A stretch of DNA of 63,807 nt, the filler included, from Reclinomonas americana ATCC 50394 (Eukaryota): NCBI GenBank assembly GCA_048213135.1. It is 11 parts of 11 records of this genome, joined end to end, with 100 filler letters (N's around TTAATTAATTAA, not from the genome) between each part and the next. Parts side by side here need not be neighbours in the genome. Positions count along the whole stretch, not along the records: positions 6,362 to 13,883 come from AFZH01022213.1; positions 13,984 to 16,727 come from AFZH01022214.1; positions 16,828 to 37,731 come from AFZH01022215.1; 8 more parts are not named here. One strand, 5' to 3'. Below, one piece after another: positions 11,701 through 23,700 of this stretch. The notes under the pieces are model-generated. The model was not told the origin of the DNA. It saw nothing but the letters and a program-made list of their open reading frames with translations, and searched no databases. The number at the start of each line of letters is the position of its first letter. Position 1 is the first letter of the stretch. The translations under genes were made by a program, and so were the position numbers.

Positions 11701-14700
11701 CGACAGCAGGCGAGCGCGCGAATCCAGCAGGTCGTTACCGGGGCCATCGGCACTGGCACCCACCGTGGCGTATTGTGCAAGCCAAAGACGCTGGAACTCG
11801 TCGGCAGACATATCCGGTGCCAAGCTCTCCTTGCCCATCCCTGTTCTGTGCACCCACCCGAAGAACTCGCGTTGCAGCTCCGCCAGCGAGAAGCCAACGG
11901 GAACCTGATGGATCGATCAGTCATGAGACAGGTTTGGCAAGGGAGGGAAATTATAAGAACGGAGTGCTGGCGACTCGAGCGCCATTTGTTCACGGATACG
12001 AGGTAGCGAAAGCAGTGTCTGTGAGCAAGAATGACATCTAAAAGCACCACTCTGGCATACTCCGAGTCGAACACAAGAGCTGCGTCCTGCCCCAGTCTCC
12101 ACCACGAGCTCATTCTGCATCCAATAGCAACCCATCACGTGTGTGTAATCTACCCTTCGTTTCCCTCACTCCAGTAACAGTTAAGACCTCACTCTCGCAT
12201 CGGGTTTGTTTCCCTCTTCCAGCTACTCAATCCTCCATCTTCACCGCCTCACTTCGCCTTCTTTCCATTCCTCCTCTCCACTGAGCTTGTTCCTTCTCAC
12301 TCATCTCAGTTTCCTCTCATTCAACCTTGCCCTCGGTCCACCGTCGCCTTCTCCCGATTCTTCTCGCATTGCGTTCGTCCCTCTTCCATGGATCCACTTC
12401 ATCTGCACAGATACCTTCGAACTCGCGCCCCTCCTATCCTCCTCCCCCACATCAACAATCTGCTCATCTCTTGTCTCTCACTCTGACCTCACCATTTATC
12501 ACTGCCATCGTTTTTCCTTCCTTGTCGAGGCAGTCGCCAACCTCTTTCTCTCACTCCTCACGCATCAACTTCGGTCCTCCTTCGCCTGCTCAACTCTGTC
12601 TCCTCATCCATCTTCTCCTCCTTTCTCCGCCCCTCACATCAAGTTCGTTTCTTCATCACCTGCTCAACTGTCCTCTCACTCATTTCTTTCCCACCACTAT
12701 CTGCTCTCCTCTTTCTCCCCACTCGGTTCTTTCTATTTCTCTTTGCTCTCTTCCTTTTCCTTCTCTCACACCATCCTCGCCGATTCTCTTTATCCCCCCT
12801 CTCCTCCTATCCCTCCTCCCAGCATCGACGCAACTGCTCTCTGTCGGCCGTGGTGTGCGTAATGCAACAGCGCGCCAAAAATATCATTCTTTCGCAGTTG
12901 AGACACAGCAGTGAGCAAATGCGTGCTGGATTCGCCTCGCACTCTCAGTCGAGCAACGCGCGGAGGCAAGGGTGGTGGTGGTGGTGGCGGCAAAGGTGGC
13001 CGTTGCCCACGAGCAGACACCACAATGGCACGGTGACTCTGCGCGTATGCAGAAGCACAATCGCAGTTACATCGCGAACTTGATTGCAAACCACTTCCCA
13101 CTCCACACGAAAATCACCTTGTGAGCCGACTCTGCACACTCCAAGTCGCTTGCATCGTCGGCGGGCATGTCGATGGATGTCACCTCCACCCGCTTGCCGG
13201 TTGTTGTTTCGTGAGCAGAAGGCAACTGCATTACCATACGCGGCGTGCGCATGAATATCTGCGAGACAACCCACACCACCGGCGCCATGATCACGCCTGC
13301 AGACAAGCGTGAGGAACCACACAACAGTGGCACGGTGTACAGATCTGAGTAACACGATACCAGAGAAAATGCCAATAAGCATTTCGCGAAGGAAGGCAGA
13401 ACCACCGCCCGTGACGGTGGCTTGCTCGGCAAACACGGCGTTGGTGTACAGAGCCAGGCACATGGCAAACCACAGAACCTGAAGGAATTGTGGAGTGAGC
13501 AGGTTATCAAAGAATGGAAAGTGAAGAAAGAGACAGAGAGACGGTGTGAGTGTCCCCATAGTTCGGCTGAATTCAAGCCGCTTGCGGAGAGAAGATAGAG
13601 AGGGTGCTCAAGATTAAAGTAGCACACGATATCGATCAAAATATGGTACAGCACAGCGACAGTACGTGTGGCAGACTCTTTTCTCTCCTTCTAAGACGAC
13701 TGCGCGGCGTGCGTGAGTTCTCTGCGAAAGTTTGAAACACAGCCCCTCTTTCTCTCTCGCATTCTCCTCCTCATACTGTGCTCAGTGACTGCATACAGCG
13801 CGAAAGTCAACTGCAGAGTCCTGCAAGTCCACAATCTCCCTACCTCGAGCTCTCTGTCACCCTCTCTCTCCCTCTCATGCTGTNNNNNNNNNNNNNNNNN
13901 NNNNNNNNNNNNNNNNNNNNNNNNNNNTTAATTAATTAANNNNNNNNNNNNNNNNNNNNNNNNNNNNNNNNNNNNNNNNNNNNTTATCATGTCTCCTTGA
14001 CTCCTCTCTCTCTCTCTCTTACACCCTGCACACAGCCACTGTGCACTTTGCATCCCTTTCTTCTCGCCCCATCCCTCTCAGCACACGGTTACTACTGTGC
14101 TAAGCTTCTCCATCTCCCACTCTCCTTTCTCTTCTCCTATCTTAGTTTGACAACACAACTGTGCGCCTACAGGAAGTGCGTCAGCCGTGTCCCTTCCCCT
14201 CCCCCGTCCCGCCCTTCCCTCAAGCTCCCCCTTCCCTCCCTTCTCCCCCTTCCCCCCTTTCCTCCCTCCCACACCGTCACACGCTGCGTACGACGGAAGC
14301 GATCGGCATTCGGGCACATAATCGTCGACACCCACGAGTGGTCATCTGCACGCAGCCACCACGCTACTCAGAAGTGCACTGTTCGCACTAATCAAGCAGC
14401 ATGCACACACCTCTCACAGCCGTCCACACAGCCACAGCGCGTCTCATCAACCAACTGCGACAACGATTGACGCGTATCACCGAGTGCACGACCTCTGAAC
14501 ACATTCAAGTTAAAAACGAGCATAGAAACGCAAGAGACTTGCAAGAACAATGGCCACAAACGTCGGAATCGTGAAACAGCCACGAAATGCCTTTCAAGTG
14601 CCCGAAGTGAGTCTGTTCAAACGAACGACATGGGTGAGCAGCGCGATGCCGCAAGGGATTATGCGGTAGTCATACACACCTGCGTCTTCTGCCTGCAGAC

Positions 14701-17700
14701 CGCGGTCGCGCAGATCGGCGGTGGAGAACACACTATGCACAATCACACACGCGCACTTTCAGGATCAAATCAAAGAAATCGCCCGGCGCAATACGCACCC
14801 GGCGAACTTGACGCCAGCCAACTCTGCCTGTCGCAACGGCATTTTCAGCATGGTGACACATCGGACCAGCTGCCTGTCGCTCGCCTGGTCCATCTTGAAG
14901 CCGATGTACAGCTGGATGAGATAGATGACTTGAATCACTGGTGCGCGCAGGGTGGTGAGTGGGTGAGCAGGCTCGTGGTGACAGCGGGTCGGTGAGTGCT
15001 TACCAATGACAATCGAAAATGTCGAGCTCCTCAGCAGCTGGCCCGTGAAGAGTGACAGCAGGTCGGCAGGACTGAGAATCACCACGTTAGCTCACTTGCG
15101 ACTCAACAACACCGCCGAGTACAGACGCAACGAGACAAAGGTAAAGTGAATGTCGAAGATATCGTGCACTGGAGAGAAAGGGAGAGAACACATTGAGGCG
15201 ATTCAACACAGAGAGAATCACCCCTCTGCCCCAAGTGACGACGCACGATTCACGCTAAAATCCGTCATGTGATTACAACGACACACAAACGACTGCACGT
15301 CGTGAGTTCCGCGCGCCACTCGCACAAATCTGTCGCGTGAGCGCATTCGTCAGGGCAGAGCGCAAACGATGCGCCGTACGGCGTCGTAACGTTTTGCATC
15401 CGTCCGATATCCACTGCTGCCTGGTCTCGTTCCAGAACACACACAGCTTGCCGAAGTCGGCAGCAGTCGCTGTAGAAACAAACAAAGAACAGAAAGCGCC
15501 GTGAACAACCCTCGCCTTGCGCCAATGGCATCGTGTGCACGCACGATTGTCACTGCGGTACACGGTCCGGTTGCAATCTGTGCAGACACGTAAGCACATG
15601 CGCCTATTCGTCAGCACGTAATTGCAATGCAAAGCGCAACGACTGTCGTCCAGGGCCACCAGCGTCGTGTCGCCATCGTCATCTGCTTCAGGTAAGTGCA
15701 AGCCACGCACTCCACATCCAGCAATGTACTCCAACACATCTCGCTTAGACAGGAGGTGAGGCACGACACATTCACAGGCAGGTGGGCATACAAAAGAGAC
15801 GTACCAGCTGCGGCGCAACGGCGGCCAGGAGCGCGCTATCTTGACGAGCAATCTCGAATGTGAACGATTCACCCGCAGTGGCATTCAGAGCGATGGGTAC
15901 TCCGTTTGCTGCTTGCAGAAACACTCGCTGGACAGGACCCAGGAACACGGTAGTGGAGTTGCGACTGTCCGCGTAGGGCAGCAGATCTGCGGCAGCCATG
16001 TAAAAAGCGATAAGAAAGCAAACCACGGCAGGCACGACATCAGGTGACCAACCATTGGCGATAAGCGTCGAGGTGATGATCGGGTAGACACCCTGCAGTC
16101 GCTCCGTAACGCTCAATGGGAACTGGTACTGCGTGACCAGGGAGGAGGCAACGGCATCCGTCGGGGGCACGGTGAAGGTGGAGCTGTTGGAGAACTGTGT
16201 GCGCAACATAAACAGTTCTTTTGTAAGGAGTTTCCGAGAGACATGAGCAGGCTGCCCGGGCAGCACAGACCTGGATGCCGGGCGCCGTCGCCAAGGGCGA
16301 AAGGTACGCAGACACCAGCTGTACGTTGGTGCCAATGATGGCAATTGCAGGATCGCCGGCGGTCTTGGTGTTGACAGCATGAAATCCGACAGTAGACAGC
16401 GCCGAGATACCATTACTCGCCATCTGTCCGTCCAGCACTGTGCCCCGCGTGGCTCCAAACACCGTATCCACCGTCGACACCAGCAGCTGCACAGTGAGCC
16501 AGGGATTGAGCACAAGTATCTGCTCACAACCTTCATAAAGACTTCCCCGACCATGCCCCCCTTTGTGCACTTCGAGTCCCCTCTTCATTCTCCGCTCTCT
16601 CCGCCGAGAGATTCGCCACCGAGATGCAACAAGAAACAAGTGAGAGGCTTATCTGCTCCTCTCATTCATCCTTCTCCTTATCCTCTCATTCTCTCCCCCG
16701 CCGCCAAAATGCAGCAATCGGTCATAGNNNNNNNNNNNNNNNNNNNNNNNNNNNNNNNNNNNNNNNNNNNNTTAATTAATTAANNNNNNNNNNNNNNNNN
16801 NNNNNNNNNNNNNNNNNNNNNNNNNNNATTCCTCTCACCTGCACCGAGGACACTGGAAGATAGCTGCCAATCGTGGCCATGTGCACAGCTGTTTGCATCA
16901 GGGAACTCGCGGTTGTTGCAACGGCGGCAGAGTCACCGCTCTTGGCCATATCACGCAGTGAGCTGACACGCGAATGCGCTAGTGAGTAAACGGGTGAAGG
17001 CACGCTGCAAAAGGTGGAGACGACAGCACCTGGCCAGATCTCCAGCCACAAACAACATGGTGGTGGTGGTCTCGGGAGAGAGTGACAAGTCGATTTTCGC
17101 AGCGGTCGCCGACAACAACATGGAGGCGTCACGAACGGCTGCTCGGTTGGAAGCAACTGCATCGTCGAAAGGGCCTTCACGTGTGAGAATCAAATGATGC
17201 CCCACATGTAATAGGATGTCTCACCGTCGAGCAGCGCAGACTGGTCACCCACAGTCAGTGCCGATACGCCGGCACTCAGCGAGCCCATGGCATCCGCCAC
17301 CTCACTGTCTGTAAAGTCGGTAAGGTCAAGCTGCTGCGCTCGGTCAAAGCTGCCGCGGAGAAATGCTCCATTGCTCGCGGTTGTGGACGGTGTGGTCGAC
17401 TCGAGAACCACAATCGTGGAGTAGACATCAACAGACGCGCCATATACATCGCGCACCGTGACGCCGGCGTGCAGCTGATTGCCGGTGGAGGCGCTTCCAG
17501 CCAGCGGGAAGATAACGCCCCTGATAACAGAAATCGTACTGGCCGTGATAAAGACCTGTGGACGAGAAAGGGGAAGGGAGGTCAGCGTGAAAAGAAGTGC
17601 GGCATTCTGGGGACACATCGGTTCTTTTCGAGACCAACCTTGGTGCCAAGCGACGGGTGCACGTAGAACGGAAGGTAGGACACTGGACGCGTGCGCACAC

Positions 17701-20700
17701 ACAAGCAGGTGAGAGACAGTTCCATTCGATGAGCACGAGAACAGCAGGCGACGCACGAGGTTGATCCTTGTCCACAAAGTCGGTCATTGTGAAAACAAAG
17801 GCAGTGATGCGAGCCACACCACTCAGTGGTGTGATATCGAGAGTGCCGGCAGTCGGCAAATCATTGATGTCGAGTGTAATGGAAGGAATAACTGGGGCGA
17901 GGCACGTCGTAAGGCACATCTATCACAGCACGGGTACAACCCTGCATGCAAGACACGGGCGTACCTGGAGTGCTCAGCGCGGGCAGTGCCAACAACTCAA
18001 ACACATACTTCTTGTTGCCCTCAAAGACGCCCTCTTTGATGCGCACAGCGGGCGGCTGTCCAGGAGCCGATGGAAGAAAATCGAAATCGGGCAAACCGAG
18101 CACTAGATCCTGCGTCGACCCTGCATTGCACACACAGATGCGAGTTCAGTAGCAAGACTTTGCACACGTCTCGCTGCATCGCAGACACCTTGCTCATACG
18201 CTCGCCACGAGAAGCTGGTGTCTGTGGGAGTGCCGAATGCAGTGGCGGTGATTGAAATAGAGCGCAGCGGGTTCAGCCGTGCAGTTGAAGCGCCGACAGC
18301 CAAGGGCGACGCCGAGACCTGTGCACGCAACACCATGATGAATAACAACGCCACCTCGTACCCAAGCAACAGAACGTCGACAAACCACTCTGAATGCGAC
18401 AGATTCTCCTCCTTGGACTGTCACATCTGCGGTAGCGTGCCGGTTGCGAGTTCCACGAGTCACTGTGCACCCGAACGAGTAGCTGCAGTGAAGAGACGTG
18501 AGAAGCCCATTTCCCTCCTTGCGAGGCACTCTGAGTGATACTGCCACGCAACATGCCCGGTGTGCTGAAGCCAGCAGCAATGGTCAGCACTGCAGATCGC
18601 TCCGGCGAAACGACGGATGCCCCACAGGGTGTGCCCCCAAACGAGCATGTCCACGTGAACACCACCGGCACGTCTCGTACCAGCGACCGAGTCCGGTCAA
18701 CATCCACCAGTGTGGCCTGCACAGTCACTGGTCCACCGACACCAACCACCGGCCCCATGGCGGTCAACGACAGCTCCAAGTCATGGAACTCTGTGCGATA
18801 TAGGCGGCGAAACATAACACAAAATGAGTGTGACACGATAACACGCGCGAGACGGCAGAACAGAGCACGCAACGAGTGACAATAGTTTCCGCTGCAGGCG
18901 TCAAGTCTCCCGAGTTCGCGTCCGTGACGACAAACACATAGAGATTGGAGTAGCCGGTGGCCGCCTCGAGGCCGGCGAGAGTGCACAGCACCGGAGTCGT
19001 CGAGGTCCTGTTGAACGTCAACCAGTGTGAGTGAAATGGATGACGAAGAGAGCGGGCAACACACACGGAAATTCACCACAAGCAGGGCGATGTCGTGGGA
19101 TGCCAGTCGATGAGACGCGTTCGCCCGCTTGATGCGCGCTTCTGAATGACTTGAAAACGTGGATTCGGACTGATCAGAGGCAGTCAGTGCGCCAGTAAGG
19201 AATATTGTCAGTGCAGTGACAGGAGGAGGCTCACCCTTCTGCCGCATTTGGTGGGCCGTTGGCTTGCACAAACCTGCACATTACGAGCAAAACTTTCACA
19301 AGGGAACGAGAAATTCGTAGAAACCCGGTTTCTCTGTCGCCCTCAGTGTCCCTCTCAACGCAACACTGGAGCCGTCGTATAAGTCGGGTTGCCGGCATTC
19401 CGCATCGCTGCCGTGTGCACGAGGAGAGTTTTCCCTGCACAGCCCGCATCAGCACGCTGCGATTCGAATAGAAGATGGAAGCACGCATGCACACGCACCC
19501 AAGACCACCTGCTGACGCCCAAAGTCGTTGTCATTGGCCAGCGACACACTCAGCGTGTAGTTCGTGTTCGGCTGCAGCCCGGTGGCCGTACACACCACGG
19601 TGTCGGTGTACGTCGTCGGCCACGGGCACGGATTCGGCACAGTCGACAGCCAGAGCACTCCGTTGACGAATACCTGCACTCGTTCGCCAGAGGTGCGCTC
19701 GTGCCATGTTGAAGATGATGACGATTGCACACTGCGTGCCAGTGTCGAGAATGTGCGCCGCATGACAAGCGTCACATTTTCTGGGTGTCGCAACAAGTCC
19801 ATAACGGTCAGCTGGTCTGGGATACTCGTTTCTGCAGTTTGGGGCGACGCATTCGCACAACCAGTGAGCGTAGTGACGCAAAGTGGGGAAACCACTTCTC
19901 TTCAGTGAGACTGACCAGTACCCAGCGAGTAGCTGCTTGCCCGGTGAAATGCTCCCTCGGACGGCGCAGCAGCGTAGTCGACACAGAGAGCGTACCAGGA
20001 TTTGAATCGATTCAAGCGGAATCCGCTCAGTACAACTTCGTGAGTTGTATCCACAGAGGTGGTACTCTGCTGTGCAGTCGCCAAATCGACTGTCAGCGTG
20101 CCATTGCGTGTCGGACCCAACAATGGCGCCACGCAGGACGTCGCCCATGGCATGCTGACATCGTCGACGGGTTCCAGTCGCAACGCCCGCAGTGAGGTCC
20201 GCGGCTCCAGTCCCAGACCGCGAAGAGTGAGTCGCGCGGCGGGATCATTTGCAGGAAGAACGAGTGGGTATATCGTCTCCACACGTGCTGTAATCAGGCA
20301 GAAGTGCACAAGTGAGACACTTGCCAGTTTCATAAAGAGGGGCTTGCATAACAGACCAACAAAAATGTACACAGCCTCCTTGACATTGAAAAAGGCGCCA
20401 TTTGGGTCGGCTGCGGCGGCGTCGAAACACAGCGAGTATAGGCCGGCTTGCAGTCCACTAGCCACGGTGATGAGCATGCGAGTGTCGCCATTCGTCGACT
20501 GCAGCGACACCGTGTCCGAGCTGTCAATGGTCAACGAGCCGCTGGCAACGCTGGCCGTCGGCAGGATCGTACACACCGTGGCCTCACGCTCAAAACGGAC
20601 GCGGCGCAGCAGCAACTGCGGCTGCAGAGCGACGCCGCTGACGGTAAAGATGGAGTTTGGCACATTCTCGAGAACCGTCACCGGTGTGAAGGAGACCACC

Positions 20701-23700
20701 GAGGCTGTGAATGCGACGCACAGTCAGCAGAGCACCTTCAAGAGGGACAGGATGAAGGAGAAAGGCTGGCCAGCGCAAGATGGGCATCGGCTGCATGCAA
20801 AGCAAGACACTGACACCTCCCGGTGTCCGACTCACAAGTCTCTGCAGCTGAGGACAGCTGTAGGTACCTCTTCGATCTCACGCATCACTCCTTTCTCCCC
20901 TTCCTCTCTCTCTCTCTCCTGTCGCCACTCACCGATGGCAGCACTGCCGTACTGCACAAAGAGCGGCTGCGAGTATGCCGACAGATCGACGCACACGGCA
21001 TACGTGTCGAGCGGCAGCGCGCCCGCTTGAATAACAACTTGCGAGCCTTCTGTGTCGTCCGCCACAGCGCCAAAGAGGAACGGCATCGACACTGTATCCG
21101 TCGCCGGGTTGTTGCCAGCAGCAGCACATGCGGTCGACGCCTCAAATCGCACACTCCGCACACTCACATTCGCACGCAATCCGTCACCCGAGATCGTGAA
21201 GCGCGCGGTGGCATCTCGCCGGAAGAACAACAGCGGAGCAACACCGACAATGTGCGGCACATAAAGCTCACGCACAATCGGAGGCACAGCCGGCAGTTGC
21301 ACAGGCCACTTTTGCAGAGCAGTGGTCGGTGAGTCGGAGACGAGCTCAACGCACACCGTCCACCGACCGGCAGGCACACCGGCGGCAAAGAGAATTTGGA
21401 GACTGGTGAAACTCGCATTGGCTGTCAGCGCAGAGGGTGAGATGGAAGTGACCGGCGATGGAAACGTGCACAAGGCTCCGCGTTGCAGGACCACACTTCG
21501 CAGAGCGCAAACGGGGTCCATGGTGAAGCCGGTGAGTGTGATGACAGAGGAGATTGCGTTTGGCAGCACAGCCACTGGTTGAATCATAGTGGCGATGGCT
21601 GTCACAATGTGCACGTGGGTAAGGAGCGCTTGACGAAGAAGATTCACAAGACGGCAACACAAACCGACAAAGAGGCGGCGCGAAGAGACTTGCGTCGGCG
21701 CACCGTCAGGTACCGCAGCTGTCCATTTCACACAGACGCAAAAGACGCCAGCGGGTATGCCGGTGTTGCCGTCCGTGTTCAGTGGCACGAGGGCGACACT
21801 GCCGTCGACCACCCCACTCGGATTCGTCACTCGCGCACCAAGTACCACCACAGACCCCGTGGGAAGTGGGTTCAACGCAGCACATGAAGGTGCAGGGGTA
21901 AAGATGACTTGATCGATGCTGCTGCTAGTCAGCCCCATCCCTGCACCACGACGCAATCTTGAGCAAACCCAGACAGAAGAGGGGCAGGGTTGCCCCACCC
22001 TCCCAGTCCCATTTCCTCCCTCCCTCCTACACACCGATAAGCGTCACCGGTATCAGGGATGCACTGGCGAGAAGAACTGGTGGCGAAAAGGAGTCGGCTC
22101 GTCCGACCGACACCAAGAGCACGGAGGGTCCAGGGGTGAGGGTGTTTGGTGGATCGGCAGCATATTCCACACAAATCTGTGAAGTGAACAGTAAGGCGAA
22201 CTGCTATTCCGAATTCAGAGTCATCGATGTGCACGCTTCTTCTTACCTTGTACACCGTCGGCGACAAGGCAGCCTGCGGGACAACCACCCGCAGCATGTC
22301 GTCGGTTGCGCTCGCAGCTTGTAGCGCGCTGGCACGCAGCGGAGTCTGGCCGCACGTGCCAACAGACATTGACGACGCCACAGGCGAAAAGAACACGCTG
22401 CGCACGGCCGCAGAAGGTCGAAGGCCCGAGCCGACCAACACGATCGATGAGCCAGACACAGAGGCCAGCACGCTTGGCAGCACCACCGAGACGACACCAG
22501 CTACACAACGTACAAAGAGTCACGACGAGGCTGGCGATTATCATCAACAAATCAAATCGTTGTCGCTCACCCAAATTCAACACGCCGCCGACCTTGACAA
22601 ATGTGGCCACAGGATTGCTGTTCAACAAGTCAACGCACACACTCCACTGCCCGAGCAACAGCGTCGGCATGTTGCCGATGGAGAACGTGAACGCCGGCAA
22701 GCCGTTCAGGGATGGCGCTTGCGTCATCTCCGCTACCACAAAGTTGCGCGAAAGCGATGTGCTTGCGGTCAGCGCACCAACTGAGCACTGCAGGCCACGC
22801 TCCAGGCGAACTGCGCGAATCATGTCCAATCCAAGGCCAATGCCCGCCAGCGTGAGAGGTGCCACGGTGCTGGCGGACGAGATAAAGTCGGGCGAGAACA
22901 TCGTGACACCTGCGTATCGGAATATAAGAATGAACCGAAAGATGCTGCTCCTCGCAACCCGCCACATACCGCGGCTGCAAATGCTGGTGAACTTGAACAG
23001 CGGAGGACACGTGCATGACCCGTCGCCAGCGACACCAGAGTTGCATATGCCGCCATTCTGGCATGGGCAAGCTGCGGAAGACAAACGCAGATGCGTTGGC
23101 TAGCAGCACGAGAAACAACACGGAATTGGACTCACGAGTGCAAATTGGGCCATACGCCGTTGACGAGCAGTCAGGCGTGGTGAACGACTGAATACTGCCT
23201 CGTTGCATCGACGATGCATCCAGGATGCGGTAGTAGTACGTAGTGAGTGGGAAGAGATTTTGAACGTTGGCTGTGACAACCATACTGCTGCTGGTGGATG
23301 GTGATGGAGAGGCGTCGACGGTGGCAACTGGTACTGAAAGGCTGCGAACTGTACTAAAATCAACGTCTGAAAAGTACAGCAGGAGCAGGGAATCCAGTAA
23401 GATCGTCGGTGAATACGGATTCGCAGCGTTACTTTAGATCTTTAGTTGCACGAAATAACGAACCAGAAACGGCCAGCAGGCGACTCCGTGGTTCAAACAC
23501 GGCACCAATCTACGTGAGTGTGAACAGTGAGCAGTGATACAAGAATACGGCGTTCAGAGGCTAGCAACGCACTGGAAAGCCAAATGTTGCAGTGAGTGGT
23601 GCCCCGTCATTACTGCCGTATTCTCCAGAACCGGCCACGATTGTGATCATGATTCCTGAACCATCAATTACACGAACGCGTTCGGTTTCGTACTGATTAC

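Noticed and set aside
20059..23103. Long + strand ORFs
   Set aside because: Antisense shadows of the minus-strand receptor exons
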